A stretch of 64,000 nucleotides of DNA from assembly GCF_018350175.1 (NCBI RefSeq), contig NC_058368.1, positions 145,640,001 through 145,704,000 of the forward strand, written 5' to 3'. The translations under genes and the position numbers were made by a program. This DNA is from Felis catus. Lineage: Eukaryota. Below, piece after piece: positions 63,661 through 64,000 of this stretch (position 1 is the stretch's first letter; every line of letters starts with the position of its first letter). The notes beneath the pieces were generated by a model. It did not search any database and was not told the DNA's origin. It saw only the letters and a program-made list of their open reading frames with translations.

Positions 63661-64000
63661 CATTAGTTTCTTGACTGAGTCCAACTTTCGACTATTAGCA
63701 GGTCTTTGGATTTGTTGCGTAACTTCTCCGCTGCCCAGTTTCTTTAAATATAGGTGAGGATGATAGACAGTACGGGAAGTCTGTGTATCTTCACTTGATG
63801 TGAGGATTTGGGGTTCCTAGTGTCAAAGGGAAAGTGATTGGAAGGGGGTGGGTAAAGAATCAAGAGTATAAAGAAAGAAGTGTAGAAAACTGAGAAAAAG
63901 AGCAAAAACAGAGGCATGAAGCAAGCCACAAAACGATGATCTCAAAACGCATCGGAAGTACATTCAAATGAAAAGGAATAGAAGACAAAGCAAGGGGAGA

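Overview
Mammalian genomic DNA, almost certainly from a felid (cat family), based on about 20 tRNA-derived Can-SINEs, several of the young feline SINEC_Fc type with intact target-site duplications (TSDs). The only protein-coding gene I can support is the 3' end of ATP6AP1L (Ac45-related V-ATPase accessory-protein paralogue) on the + strand. It has an internal exon at 1485-1725 and a terminal coding exon at 6346-6648, joined in frame by a GT-AG intron; the upstream exons lie outside the window. The remaining ~57 kb looks like gene-free, repeat-rich intergenic DNA. It contains ERV-L gag and pol fossils, LTR16/MLT/MER34-like LTRs, nested L1s, L2, MIR, a CR1/L3 RT fossil, Tigger2/MER63/MADE2/MER5 DNA transposons, a decayed Tc1/mariner transposase and microsatellites. 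I found no convincing new biological system. The most interesting observations are the sorting motifs in the extended ATP6AP1L tail, a Tc1/mariner transposase relic, and local CpG-rich patches that suggest GC-biased gene conversion or germline hypomethylation. Repeat family names come from recalled consensus similarity, not a database search, and repeat boundaries are approximate unless a TSD is quoted.
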